Below are positions 30,001 to 40,934 of a stretch of 64,000 bases of DNA, one piece after another (position 1 is the stretch's first letter; each line of letters starts with the position of its first letter). This DNA is from Eledone cirrhosa. Lineage: Eukaryota. The stretch is taken from contig OZ024745.1 in the NCBI GenBank assembly GCA_964016885.1, positions 48,236,001-48,300,000 on the forward strand. Direction: 5' to 3'. Below the pieces are notes generated by a model, which searched no databases, was not told the origin of the DNA, and was given only the letters and a program-made list of their open reading frames with translations. The translations under genes and the position numbers were made by a program.

Positions 30001-33000
30001 CTTTAGTAACCACTCCTGACACCAACTGCTTTAGTAACCACTCCTGACACCAACTGCTTTAGTAACCACTACTGACACCAACTGCTTTAGTAACCACTCC
30101 TGACACCAACTGCTTTAGTAACCACTCCTGACACCAACTGCTTTAGTAACCACTCCTGACACCAACTGCTTTAGTAACCACTCCTGACACCAACTGCTTT
30201 AGTAACCACTACTGACACCAACTGCTTTAGTAACCATTCATGACACCAACTGCTTTAGTAACCACTCCTGACACCAACTGCTTTAGTAACCACTCATGAC
30301 ACCAACTGCTTTAGTAACCACTCCTGACACCAACTGCTTTAGTAACCACTCATGACACCAACTGCTTTAGTAACCATTCATGACACCAACTGCTTTAGTA
30401 ACCACTACTGACACCAACTGCTTTAGTAACCATTCATGACACCAACTGCTTTAGTAACCATTCATGACACCAACTGCTTTAGTAACCACTCATGACACCA
30501 ACTGCTTTAGTAACCACTCATGACACCAACTGCTTTAGTAACCACTCCTGACACCAACTGCTTTAGTAACCATTCATGACACCAACTGCTTTAGTAACCA
30601 CTCATGACACCAACTGCTTTTGTAACCACTCCTGACACCAACTGCTTTAGTAACCACTCCTGACACCAACTGCTTTAGTAACCACTCATGACACCAACTG
30701 CTTTAGTAACCACTCATGACACCAACTGCTTTAGTAACCACTCATGACACCAACTGCTTTAGTAACCACTCATGACACCAACTGCTTTAGTAACCATTCC
30801 TGACACCAACTGCTTTAGTAACCACTCATGACACCAACTGCTTTAGTAACCATTCATGACACCAACTGCTTTAGTAACCACTCATGACACCAACTGCTTT
30901 AGTAACCATTCATGACACCAACTGCTTTAGTAACCACTCATGACACCAACTGCTTTAGTAACCACTCATGACACCAACTGCTTTAGTAACCATTCATGAC
31001 ACCAACTGCTTTAGTAACCATTCCTGACACCAACTGCTTTAGTAACCACTCATGACACCAACTGCTTTAGTAACCATTCCTGACACCAACTGCTTTAGTA
31101 ACCACTCATGACACCAACTGCTTTAGTAACCACTCCTGACACCAACTGCTTTAGTAACCACTCATGACACCAACTGCTTTAGTAACCACTCATGACACCA
31201 ACTGCTTTAGTAACCACTCATGACACCAACTGCTTTAGTAACCACTCCTGACACCAACTGCTTTAGTAACCACTCCTGACACCAACTGCTTTAGTAACCA
31301 CTCCTGACACCAACTGCTTTAGTAACCACTCCTGACACCAACTGCTTTAGTAACCATTCCTGACACCAACTGCTTTAGTAACCACTCCTGACACCAACTG
31401 CTTTAGTAACCACTCCTGACACCAACTGCTTTAGTAACCACTCCTGACACCAACTGCTTTAGTAACCACTCCTGACACCAACTGCTTTAGTAACCACTCC
31501 TGACACCAACTGCTTTAGTAACCACTCCTGACACCAACTGCTTTAGTAACCACTCCTGACACCAACTGCTTTAGTAACCACTCCTGACACCAACTGCTTT
31601 AGTAACCATTCCTGACACCAACTGCTTTAGTAACCACTCCTGACACCAACTGCTTTAGTAACCACTACTGACACCAACTGCTTTAGTAACCACTACTGAC
31701 ACCAACTGCTTTAGTAACCACTACTGACACCAACTGCTTTAGTAACCACTCATGACACCAACTGCTTTAGTAACCACTCCTGACACCAACTGCTTTAGTA
31801 ACCACTCCTGACACCAACTGCTTTAGTAACCACTCCTGACACCAACTGCTTTAGTAACCATTCCTGACACCAACTGCTTTAGTAACCACTCCTGACACCA
31901 ACTGCTTTAGTAACCACTCCTGACACCAACTGCTTTAGTAACCACTCCTGACACCAACTGCTTTAGTAACCACTCCTGACACCAACTGCTTTAGTAACCA
32001 CTCCTGACACCAACTGCTTTAGTAACCACTCCTGACACCAACTGCTTTAGTAACCATTCCTGACACCAACTGCTTTAGTAACCACTCCTGACACCAACTG
32101 CTTTAGTAACCACTACTGACACCAACTGCTTTAGTAACCACTACTGACACCAACTGCTTTAGTAACCACTCATGACACCAACTGCTTTAGTAACCACTCC
32201 TGACACCAACTGCTTTAGTAACCACTCCTGACACCAACTGCTTTAGTAACCACTCCTGACACCAACTGCTTTAGTAACCATTCCTGACACCAACTGCTTT
32301 AGTAACCACTCCTGACACCAACTGCTTTAGTAACCACTCCTGACACCAACTGCTTTAGTAACCACTACTGACACCAACTGCTTTAGTAACCACTCCTGAC
32401 ACCAACTGCTTTAGTAACCACTCCTGACACCAACTGCTTTAGTAACCACTCCTGACACCAACTGCTTTAGTAACCACTCCTGACACCAACTGCTTTAGTA
32501 ACCACTACTGACACCAACTGCTTTAGTAACCATTCATGACACCAACTGCTTTAGTAACCACTCCTGACACCAACTGCTTTAGTAACCACTCATGACACCA
32601 ACTGCTTTAGTAACCACTCCTGACACCAACTGCTTTAGTAACCACTCATGACACCAACTGCTTTAGTAACCATTCATGACACCAACTGCTTTAGTAACCA
32701 CTACTGACACCAACTGCTTTAGTAACCATTCATGACACCAACTGCTTTAGTAACCATTCATGACACCAACTGCTTTAGTAACCACTCATGACACCAACTG
32801 CTTTAGTAACCACTCATGACACCAACTGCTTTAGTAACCACTCCTGACACCAACTGCTTTAGTAACCATTCATGACACCAACTGCTTTAGTAACCACTCA
32901 TGACACCAACTGCTTTTGTAACCACTCCTGACACCAACTGCTTTAGTAACCACTCCTGACACCAACTGCTTTAGTAACCACTCATGACACCAACTGCTTT

Positions 33001-34330
33001 AGTAACCACTCATGACACCAACTGCTTTAGTAACCACTCATGACACCAACTGCTTTAGTAACCACTCATGACACCAACTGCTTTAGTAACCATTCCTGAC
33101 ACCAACTGCTTTAGTAACCACTCATGACACCAACTGCTTTAGTAACCATTCATGACACCAACTGCTTTAGTAACCACTCATGACACCAACTGCTTTAGTA
33201 ACCATTCATGACACCAACTGCTTTAGTAACCACTCATGACACCAACTGCTTTAGTAACCACTCATGACACCAACTGCTTTAGTAACCATTCATGACACCA
33301 ACTGCTTTAGTAACCATTCCTGACACCAACTGCTTTAGTAACCACTCATGACACCAACTGCTTTAGTAACCATTCCTGACACCAACTGCTTTAGTAACCA
33401 CTCATGACACCAACTGCTTTAGTAACCACTCCTGACACCAACTGCTTTAGTAACCACTCCTGACACCAACTGCTTTAGTAACCACTCATGACACCAACTG
33501 CTTTAGTAACCACTCCTGACACCAACTGCTTTAGTAACCACTCATGACACCAACTGCTTTAGTAACCATTCATGACACCAACTGCTTTAGTAACCACTCC
33601 TGACACCAACTGCTTTAGTAACCACTCATGACACCAACTGCTTTAGTAACCACTCCTGACACCAACTGCTTTAGTAACCACTCCTGACACCAACTGCTTT
33701 AGTAACCACTCATGACACCAACTGCTTTAGTAACCACTCATGACACCAACTGCTTTAGTAACCACTCCTGCACCAACTGCTTTAGTAACCACTCATGACA
33801 CCAACTGCTTTAGTAACCACTCATGACACCAACTGCTTTAGTAACCACTCCTGACACCAACTGCTTTAGTAACCACTAATGACACCAACTGCTTTAGTAA
33901 CCATTCATGACACCAACTGCTTTAGTAACCACTCCTGACACCAACTGCTTTAGTAACCACTCATGACACCAACTGCTTTAGTAACCACTCATGACACCAA
34001 CTGCTTTAGTAACCACTCATGACACCAACTGCTTTAGTAACCACTCCTGACACCAACTGCTTTAGTAACCACTCATGACACCAACTGCTTTAGTAACCAT
34101 TCATGACACCAACTGCTTTAGTAACCACTCCTGACACCAACTGCTTTAGTAACCACTAATGACACCAACTGCTTTAGTAACCACTCCTGACACCAACTGC
34201 TTTAGTAACCACTCCTGACACCAACTGCTTTAGTAACCACTCATGACACCAACTGCTTTAGTAACCACTCATGACACCAACTGCTTTAGTAACCACTCCT
34301 GCACCAACTGCTTTAGTAACCACTCATGAC
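1..34330. repeat. 28-bp tandem satellite, consensus GACACCAACTGCTTTAGTAACCACTCAT, about 1,230 units, continuing beyond the left edge
   Basis: Seen directly. Variation is mostly in the last 6 nt (ACTCAT, ACTCCT, ATTCCT, ACTCTT, ACTACT, ATTCAT), plus 27-bp deletion variants (TCCTGCACCAAC, TCCTGCACTAAC). The unit has stop codons on both strands and is not a multiple of 3, so it is non-coding. Confidence 0.99.
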
Positions 34331-34349
34331 CCTAACCCTACCCTTACCC

Positions 34350-35190
34350 CACCACCACCATCATCATGATCCCCTCCACCATCATCATGATCCCCTCCAC
34401 CATCATCATGATCCCCTCCACCATCATCATGATCCCCACCACCATCATCATGATCCCCTCCACCACCATGATCCCCTCCACCATCATCATCATGATCCCC
34501 ACCACCATCATCATGATCCCCACCACCATCATGATCCCCACCACCATCATCATGATCCCCACCACCATCATCATGATCCCCACCACCATCATCATGATCC
34601 CCTCCACCATCATCATGATCCCCTCCACCATCATCATGATCCCCTCCACCATCATCATGATCCCCTCCACCATCATCATGATCCCCTCCACCATCATCAT
34701 GATCCCCACCACCATCATCATGATCCCCTCCACCACCATCATCATGATCCCCTCCACCACCATCATCATGATCCCCTCCACCACCATGATCCCCACCACC
34801 ATCATCATGATCCCCACCACCATCATCATGATCCCCACCACCATCATCATGATCCCCTCCACCATCATCATCATGATCCCCTCCACCATCATCATGATCC
34901 CCTCCACCATCATCATGATCCCCTCCACCATCATCATGATCCCCACCACCATCATCATGATCCCCTCCACCATCATCATGATCCCCACCACCACCATCAT
35001 CATGGTCCCCTCCACCATCATCATGGTCCCCTCCACCATCATCATGATCCCCACCACCATCATCATGATCCCCTCCACCATCATCATGATCCCCACCACC
35101 ATCATCATGATCCCCTCCACCACCATCATCATGATCCCCTCCACCACCATCATCATGATCCCCTCCACCATCATCATAATCATTATCACC
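34350..35190. repeat. 18-24 bp CAT/CAC-rich minisatellite (core CATCATCATGATCCCC[T/A]CCAC), probably an expanded (CAT)n retroposon tail
   Basis: Tandem units differ by whole trinucleotides. The array runs directly into a minus-strand retroposon 3' end (ATCACCGTTTGATGTCTATTTTCTATGCTTGCATGAGTTAG). Confidence 0.93.
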
Positions 35191-35450
35191 GTTTGATGTC
35201 TATTTTCTATGCTTGCATGAGTTAGAAGGCTGTCACAATTGAGCTCTGACTGGTCATTCTGTTTGGGGCTTGGTTTCTGTGGCTAGATGCCCTTCCTAAT
35301 GACAACTACTTTACAGTATGTACTGGTAGTATTTTATTGTGATATAAGCACTATCCTATTACAGTGTAGACAGAGTACTTTTGTCATGGTACCAGCACAA
35401 CCATCTTACAGGTGAACTGGATGCTTTTCACCATGGCACAAACACTTCCA
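35186..35450 (-). mobile_element. Degenerate 3' UTR/tail of the RTE-LINE/SINE family
   Basis: Contains GGCTAGATGCCCTTCCTAATGACAACTACTTTACAGT and ~45-bp internal sub-repeats. Similar copies occur at 45060-45425, 55730-56040 and 58981-59220. Confidence 0.75.
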
Positions 35451-35518
35451 TCTTATCAACAAAACAGAATATTGAAATATTACTGTATCTAACTATCAAT
35501 CTTATAATCTTTTACTAG

Positions 35519-35645
35519 GTCCTATTTTCAATGAGAAAATGAACCAAAATATAACTATTCAAAATGGTGACTGCTTTTGTCCAGATTTCATTAAAGGAAC
35601 AGAATATTTGATTATGACCAATAAATATTACGAGACTGAGTCTGG
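35519..35645 (+). CDS. Penultimate coding exon of an NTR/C345C-domain protein (complement C3/C4/C5-like): (G)PIFNEKMNQNITIQNGDCFCPDFIKGTEYLIMTNKYYETES(G)
   Basis: Branch-like CTAAC at ~35489, acceptor TTTTACTAG|, 127-nt open exon (phase 1 in, phase 2 out), strong donor |GTAAGT at 35646. CxCP....G.EYLIM is the NTR/C345C core motif. Confidence 0.8.
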
Positions 35646-35822
35646 GTAAGTATTCCAGTAATTTCAAATTAATTTTAATTCTCTTAAGTTTGTAATTTAT
35701 GCTTTAAACCTTTTGATAAGAACCGCTAGATATCACCCCTTGTTCTATGGTACAAAGCTTTTTGTTTTAAAATATTTATAATTGTCTGAAAACCTTCCAT
35801 CATAATTTTTATGTTGTTTTAA

Positions 35823-36028
35823 CCCTTTAGCATTTAAACCGGCTGTATCTGGCCAGAATTTTCATATCTTTCTTTTCAAACCGGCCATGACTGGCCATTC
35901 ATATCCATGTTAAGGTATTGTTCTCAAAATAAATAATATCAAAATCTCATAGATTCGATATTATGTGAGATAAAACCTTTACAATGAAAATAGAATAGTA
36001 AATATAGAGTAATATAAATGCTAATGGG
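35823..36028 (+). mobile_element. piggyBac-like MITE family A
   Basis: TTAA|CCCTTTAGCATTTA...TAAATGCTAATGGG|TTAA terminal inverted repeats with TTAA duplication. Other copies at 36689 and 43587. Confidence 0.85.
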
Positions 36029-36110
36029 TTAAACACAAGATTAATAATAAGAAAGTTAGTTACATTACTAAATCTTACCAAATTCTTGATTATTTGAAAA
36101 TCATATGCAG

Positions 36111-36455
36111 AGTTTCAGGAAACAAAGCATAAAGGTCTGACTTCACTCGTGCTGCAATGATTCTTATGAAACTCAGGCTTAAACCAACCACATCAGTTGT
36201 CAGGTCAAGAGTGCTTAAACTGTACGGTCAAATCAAAAGATCAACTCATGGTGTGAGTAAATTATGCCTAGAAGGAAAGTTGGCTGATAAGAGAAGCAGA
36301 GGTCGACAGCCAAAATGATGGCTTCACAATGTCAACTTATGGACTGGACTTGACTTTTCCTCTTTAAACTCTGCTGTTGGTGATGGAACTTTGTGGAGAA
36401 AAATATCTCATGTTGATGCGCAGTCTGCAACTGGCTGAGTTTAGCGTCTGGATAT
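36111..36455 (+). mobile_element. 5'-truncated RTE-clade LINE 3' end
   Basis: Translates to ...RVLKLYGQIKRS...CLEGKLADKRSRGRQPK*WLHNV..., the typical RTE C-terminal GKRSRGRP..RW motif. Flanked by an 8-bp direct repeat ATATGCAG (36103-36110, 36456-36463). Confidence 0.8.
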
Positions 36456-36688
36456 ATATGCAGTCTTCTATTAGAAATATGGTAATGAAGGGGTTAAACT
36501 GAATAACATTATGACATTTAGATTTAGATTAATAAATTATGGATGATTTAGATCCTACTATTGCTAATATGTGTTTTCTTGTGTAATGAGAATAATTTGG
36601 AGAAGTTAACCAATAAAATATTTTGTATTACATTTGATGTATTTGCCTTGCAGATCTCCACTAGTTTTACTGTATTTCTATAGTTTAA

Positions 36689-36895
36689 TCCTTTAGCATT
36701 TACATTACTTTATATTTACAATTGTATTTTTGTGGTAAAGGCTTTACCTCACATAATATCGAATCTATGAGATTTTGATGCTATTTATTTTGAGACAATA
36801 CCTTATCATTGGTATGAGTGGCCAGTTACAGCTGGTTTGAACAGAAAGAGGTGAGAAAATTCTGGCCGGATGTGGTCGGTTTAAATGCTAAAGGG
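36689..36895 (-). mobile_element. piggyBac-like MITE family A, inverted relative to the 35823 copy
   Basis: TTAA|TCCTTTAGCATTTA...TAAATGCTAAAGGG|TTAA. Internal sequence is the reverse complement of the 35823 copy. Confidence 0.85.
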
Positions 36896-37501
36896 TTAAT
36901 CTAGCCATGAAGTTTGTTACATTGTACTCTTCCCACTAAATTATAAATGTCTTTAGGGACATTCAAACATGATGGCATAAAAAACCTGTTGGAAATTATA
37001 ACAATCTTTTCTCCCTTCAAATTGTAAAAACCTTCTAAGTGATTAGTAGAATGATTCTGAATAGCTAGATCTACTCTGATGTTTCATACCTGGAGAACTT
37101 TAGCTTTTGACAACATTTAGCATGAAAGCTTCTATAAAAGTTACTTACTCTCTTGGGAGATCTCTATGAAACTATTCATACCTGTATACAATAGCGACAA
37201 GCATTTTAAGGCCATTTTTTCTGCTAAAGTAGGGATTAGCCTTGCAGGCTCAATTAGACTCATTGTGGAATCCTTTTTAAGACAATGTTTTATAGCCAGA
37301 TGCCTTTCCTGACACTAACCCTTTTAGTTGCCTCCTACAACATACAAGGATGTACTTCACAGTTGTGGTTTACATAAGAAAGATTATACGAACATGATAA
37401 ATGTTCGTATAATAGATCATGAAAATTTGAAGTTGGCAAAATAAATTCAAAAAGAAAAAGCAGAAGAAAATAAGGAAAAACCAGAATTAAATTAAATATA
37501 A

Positions 37502-37846
37502 TGGAGGCACATGGCTTAGTGGTTAGAGCACTGGGCTTGCAATCGAAAGGTTGTGAGTTCAATTCTCAGACCGGGTGATGTGTTGTTTCCTTGAGCAAGA
37601 CACTTTATTTCACATTGCTCCAGTTTACTCAGCTGTAGAAATGATATGATAGGGACTGGGGTCCATATCATTCCACTGCAAAGTGGTCGTGGAGGTGCCA
37701 CGGCAAAAAAGCACCCAGCACTCACTGTAAATGAGGTTGGTGTTAGGAAGGGTATCCAGCTGTAGAAATCAAGCCAGAATCAGTTCCTGTCCCACTCTTG
37801 CAAGCAGGGAAAAAGTGGACGTAAAATGAAATGATGATGATGATGA
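37502..37846 (+). mobile_element. tRNA-derived SINE with central conserved domain and RTE-type 3' tail ending (GAT)n
   Basis: A box TGGCTTAGTGG, B box GAGTTCAATTC, central TCCTTGAGCAAGACACTT...TTGCTCCAGT domain, tail GTTGGTGTTAGGAAGGGTATCCAGCTGTAGAAA...GATGATGAT. The matching empty site is at ~41355. Confidence 0.85.
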
Positions 37847-38651
37847 TAAAAGAAATTTCAATTTGTTATTTGATATTAACTACCAGGCATATGATGTAAA
37901 ATAGTTTACATGTCTTGTATCTAATATATCTTATAGAACAAACTTTTGTAAGTCTATAGTTTACAGTTCTTAAATATAATAACAAAATTTTGTAATTCTA
38001 TATTTTACAGTTCTCATATGTAATATAGTGTATGTATGTATGTATGTGTATATGTCGCCAAAAGGCTCTGGAATGGTGTGTCCTTGAGGAAAATGGATTT
38101 AATTTTTGAAATCTGTGTCCCAAGGAGAAGGTTTGGGGACATGTGGAGTTCAAAAAGAATAAAAGAACCCCACCCTCAAAAAAAAAGAAAAAGAAAAGGA
38201 TACTATCAATCATTGTTACTGTGACAATTTATGTAGTCTGGCTTTTATTGATTGTCTTCTGCATTCCTTCAATATGGCCTTATTATTCCATTCATCCATG
38301 CCATGAGCAGGGGGAGTTGTCACTATGAGGCAGAAAGTTGTCCTCACAGAGGTCACCTGAAGATACTCACACTAAAGTATACCACAAGCCATTGATACCA
38401 CTTCAACATACAGCTTAAATGAGTAATTTTCCATAGAAACAACCTTAGGGACAATCGATTATTCATGGGGATGGGCCCTGAGGAATAAATAATGTGATGA
38501 AGCATGGGGGAAACATGGTCTGACATGGAATAAAAAAAGATGAAAGAAAGGTATTCTATTGTGAAAATTGCCCAGTAACGATTAGATAGTCTGCTACAAA
38601 CTTTTGTAATTTGATTTTCATTAACAATATTTTTTCAAACATTTTTTTCAG

Positions 38652-38781
38652 ATACAAATTTCTAATTGACCGTTATGGAATGTTTATTAAAAGGAATAAT
38701 GATGTGAACAACATACGCTCCATCATAAATAGATTTGGCAAAAAAATCAGAGCTATAACAAACCTTTGCCATAAATGGTAA
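38652..38781 (+). CDS. Terminal coding exon of the NTR/C345C-domain protein: (G)YKFLIDRYGMFIKRNNDVNNIRSIINRFGKKIRAITNLCHKW*
   Basis: Acceptor TTTTTTTCAG| gives a phase-2 join with 35645 (GG|A = Gly). Frame is open to TAA at 38779-38781, with an amphipathic helix and C-terminal Cys as in NTR modules. ATTAAA at 38795. Confidence 0.72.
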
Positions 38782-39164
38782 AGATATGGATTTCATTAAA
38801 ATAATAATCTGCAACTGTCTGTATATATTTCTTTCAAATCTTTCATATACAATTTCTTCAAATTCACTATTTAATACTTTTTATTTCTCACTAAAGAAAA
38901 CATTTTAATTTAATTGTGTGATATTTATTTTTTATTGTTTTCAATTGTTAATAGATTCTGGAATATGTTCTTTTACATAATTGTATATAATAATTTATTA
39001 TACTGTCCTTATTTGTCTTTCAAAGGATTTTATATCATTCAGAAAAACACTGAGTTATCAAGACAAAATATGTATAAGTCTTACTTTTTTTTTAAAGATA
39101 TTAATTAAGACAAAAACTAAATCTAATGATGCATATGCAAATTTGATGTGGATGTACCATGGCC

Positions 39165-39470
39165 AAATGTTTAAGAAGTTCCAAATTAAGTCTCACTCTG
39201 TGGCATTTTGGGTGAGTGTCTTTTACCATAGCTTCAGGTCAACCCAAATTTTGTGAGTGAAATTGAGTAGACAGAATCTGTTTGGAAGTGCATCAGATGG
39301 ACTATACCTGTAACTCAAAGAGCCAGTCTTGTCATACACTATTTCATGCTGAATATCTCTCAGAATTATGTTAAGGGTGTATATGTCTGTGGAATACTCA
39401 ACTACTTGCATGTTAATTTAATAAGTAGGCCATATATTGACTGAATAACTGGAACACTTCATCATCAAAT
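39165..39470 (+). mobile_element. Degenerate SINE (same family as 60264)
   Basis: CTCACTCTGTGGCATTTTGGGTGAGTGTCTTTTACCATAGC resembles CCCACTGCGTGGCAAGTGTGTTTTACTGTAGCC at 60325. Confidence 0.5.
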
Positions 39471-39849
39471 ACAATGAAGATCCATTTAGTTGGTTTTAAC
39501 TTGTACATATTTGGGAATATAATTGGATGGTCATTACATTCAGTAAGCACAATTTTTGTCTAGTCTTTTTTTTTTCCTGATACTTTTTCTGTATCATTTA
39601 ACTCTATTGATATGATCTTATTGGCTGTTTTTTAAACTGAAGTAATATTTCTTTGTCAAGGTATACTGTTATTCCCTGTCTTGTGTATGATATCTTAGAT
39701 GTCTGACAGGGATATTATTGTTCTTTAAGCTATCTATAATAAAGCCCTTCATTCATCACACTATATATCCATGTGTTACTCAGCCCTTCATGATTGCTCC
39801 AGGGGGGAATTAGTGTAACATACAGAAACAATGCATTTAATTAATGGAA

Positions 39850-40630
39850 CCTATCCAATACAGATGACAACTTTGATACCAATCAAACCAGTTGTATCAA
39901 AGAGTTTTACACCTTGCAGTGATATTTGATGCCCCAGTGACAATAGGGGTCACAATTTAAATCATTCAAGCTGTTTGATGTGTTGCTTGGATATTGTCTA
40001 GGATACACAGCCATACAGGGCAATTGTATCAGTGACTGTCTAACATCTGGTAGACATGTTCATGCTTTTTGTGGTTCACCCCACAGGAGCACAGGCAACC
40101 AAATGACCAACTAGCTTTTACAGATTTCAACTGTTATTACCCTGTTCAGAGAATACTGAGAAAAAAAGGAAATCTCAAGCAATTTGAAAGAAACAACAAT
40201 AGCCAATTTTGGAGTATTGGGATTTTAGATAAAATCATTGTTGAGACTTATATAAATCAGGCTGAATTTTCATGTTGTCCAGATAAATGGAGGGTATAAA
40301 GGACCAAGAAGCTTAGGAAATTTATCAGCAATAATTTAAGAGTTAAAATTTGAATATGCTATGAGAGAATTATCATCAATAAACACTGTAAACAATGCCT
40401 TTTGGATTTGCTTCTGAAACACATTAGTCCATGTAGTATGTGCAGAGGTCCAGTCTGCATCTCATGTATATTCCTTGATCAAAATTATGCAGAGTATGGA
40501 TCTTATAACATATGTAAAGAAAACCATTTGACAAGTCAGATATCATGGCATGCCGTGGTTGTACATGGTACATGTTCAGTATGTATATGTGGAAGACTTA
40601 TGCATGATTTTATAAATTTCACACAATGAT
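39850..40630 (+). pseudogene. Heavily decayed piggyBac (PGBD-like) transposase remnant
   Basis: Broken frames give FKSFKLFDVLLGYCLGYTAIQG (like GIK.Y.LCD..TGY....IY.G), ILDKIIVETYI, and a Cys-rich end TCSVCICGRLMHDFINF. Recognised by eye only. Confidence 0.45.
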
Positions 40631-40934
40631 TGTTTTATAACAAACTGCTAAATTTTATATGAAGTGTGTTTAATAAATTTTTCAAACCTTCTCAGAATTT
40701 ACTTATTTTTTAATTGATTTCAAACTTTTCTATCTTTAGTTAGATAAGGTAAATTACTTGAACTTTTAAACTGAACATATCTCAAATAACTCTCATTAAA
40801 ACTTCACAATATAATCAATTAATTATTGCTAGGAACCTTATAAATATAATACACAAAAATATATAATAAAAAAGAAGAGAAAAAAACCATTAATTCAACA
40901 CTAAGTGCATCAATCAGTCACACACCATAGGGTC

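Larger units (their letters stand above)
35708..36493 (+). mobile_element. piggyBac-like (TTAA) MITE family B, interrupted by two later insertions
   Basis: Ends are TTAA|ACCTTTTGATA and TAATGAAGGGG|TTAA. With the inserts removed, the sequence resembles the intact copy at 51727-51969. Confidence 0.7.

Noticed and set aside
1-34330. CRISPR array or coding repeat
   Set aside because: No unique spacers, no cas genes, eukaryotic context; stop codons recur in all frames.
1-34350. Satellite acting as a non-canonical telomere
   Set aside because: The downstream internal exon needs upstream exons beyond the array, and only one perfect CCCTAA exists. Not excluded without the chromosome position.
34326-35225. 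Histidine-rich (beak/HRG-like) protein gene
   Set aside because: Open in several frames on both strands because of trinucleotide structure; no signal peptide or Gly-rich motifs; contiguous with a retroposon tail.
37502-37575. tRNA gene
   Set aside because: tRNA-like head without a proper acceptor stem or terminator, continuous with a SINE body.
38437-38550. Extra AG...GT exon (weak HMG-box look, MGETWSDM) or C/D-box/SECIS-like hairpin GTGATGA...CTGA at ~38494-38523
   Set aside because: Stops in all three frames; the boxes are only 19 nt apart, too short for a snoRNA or SECIS.
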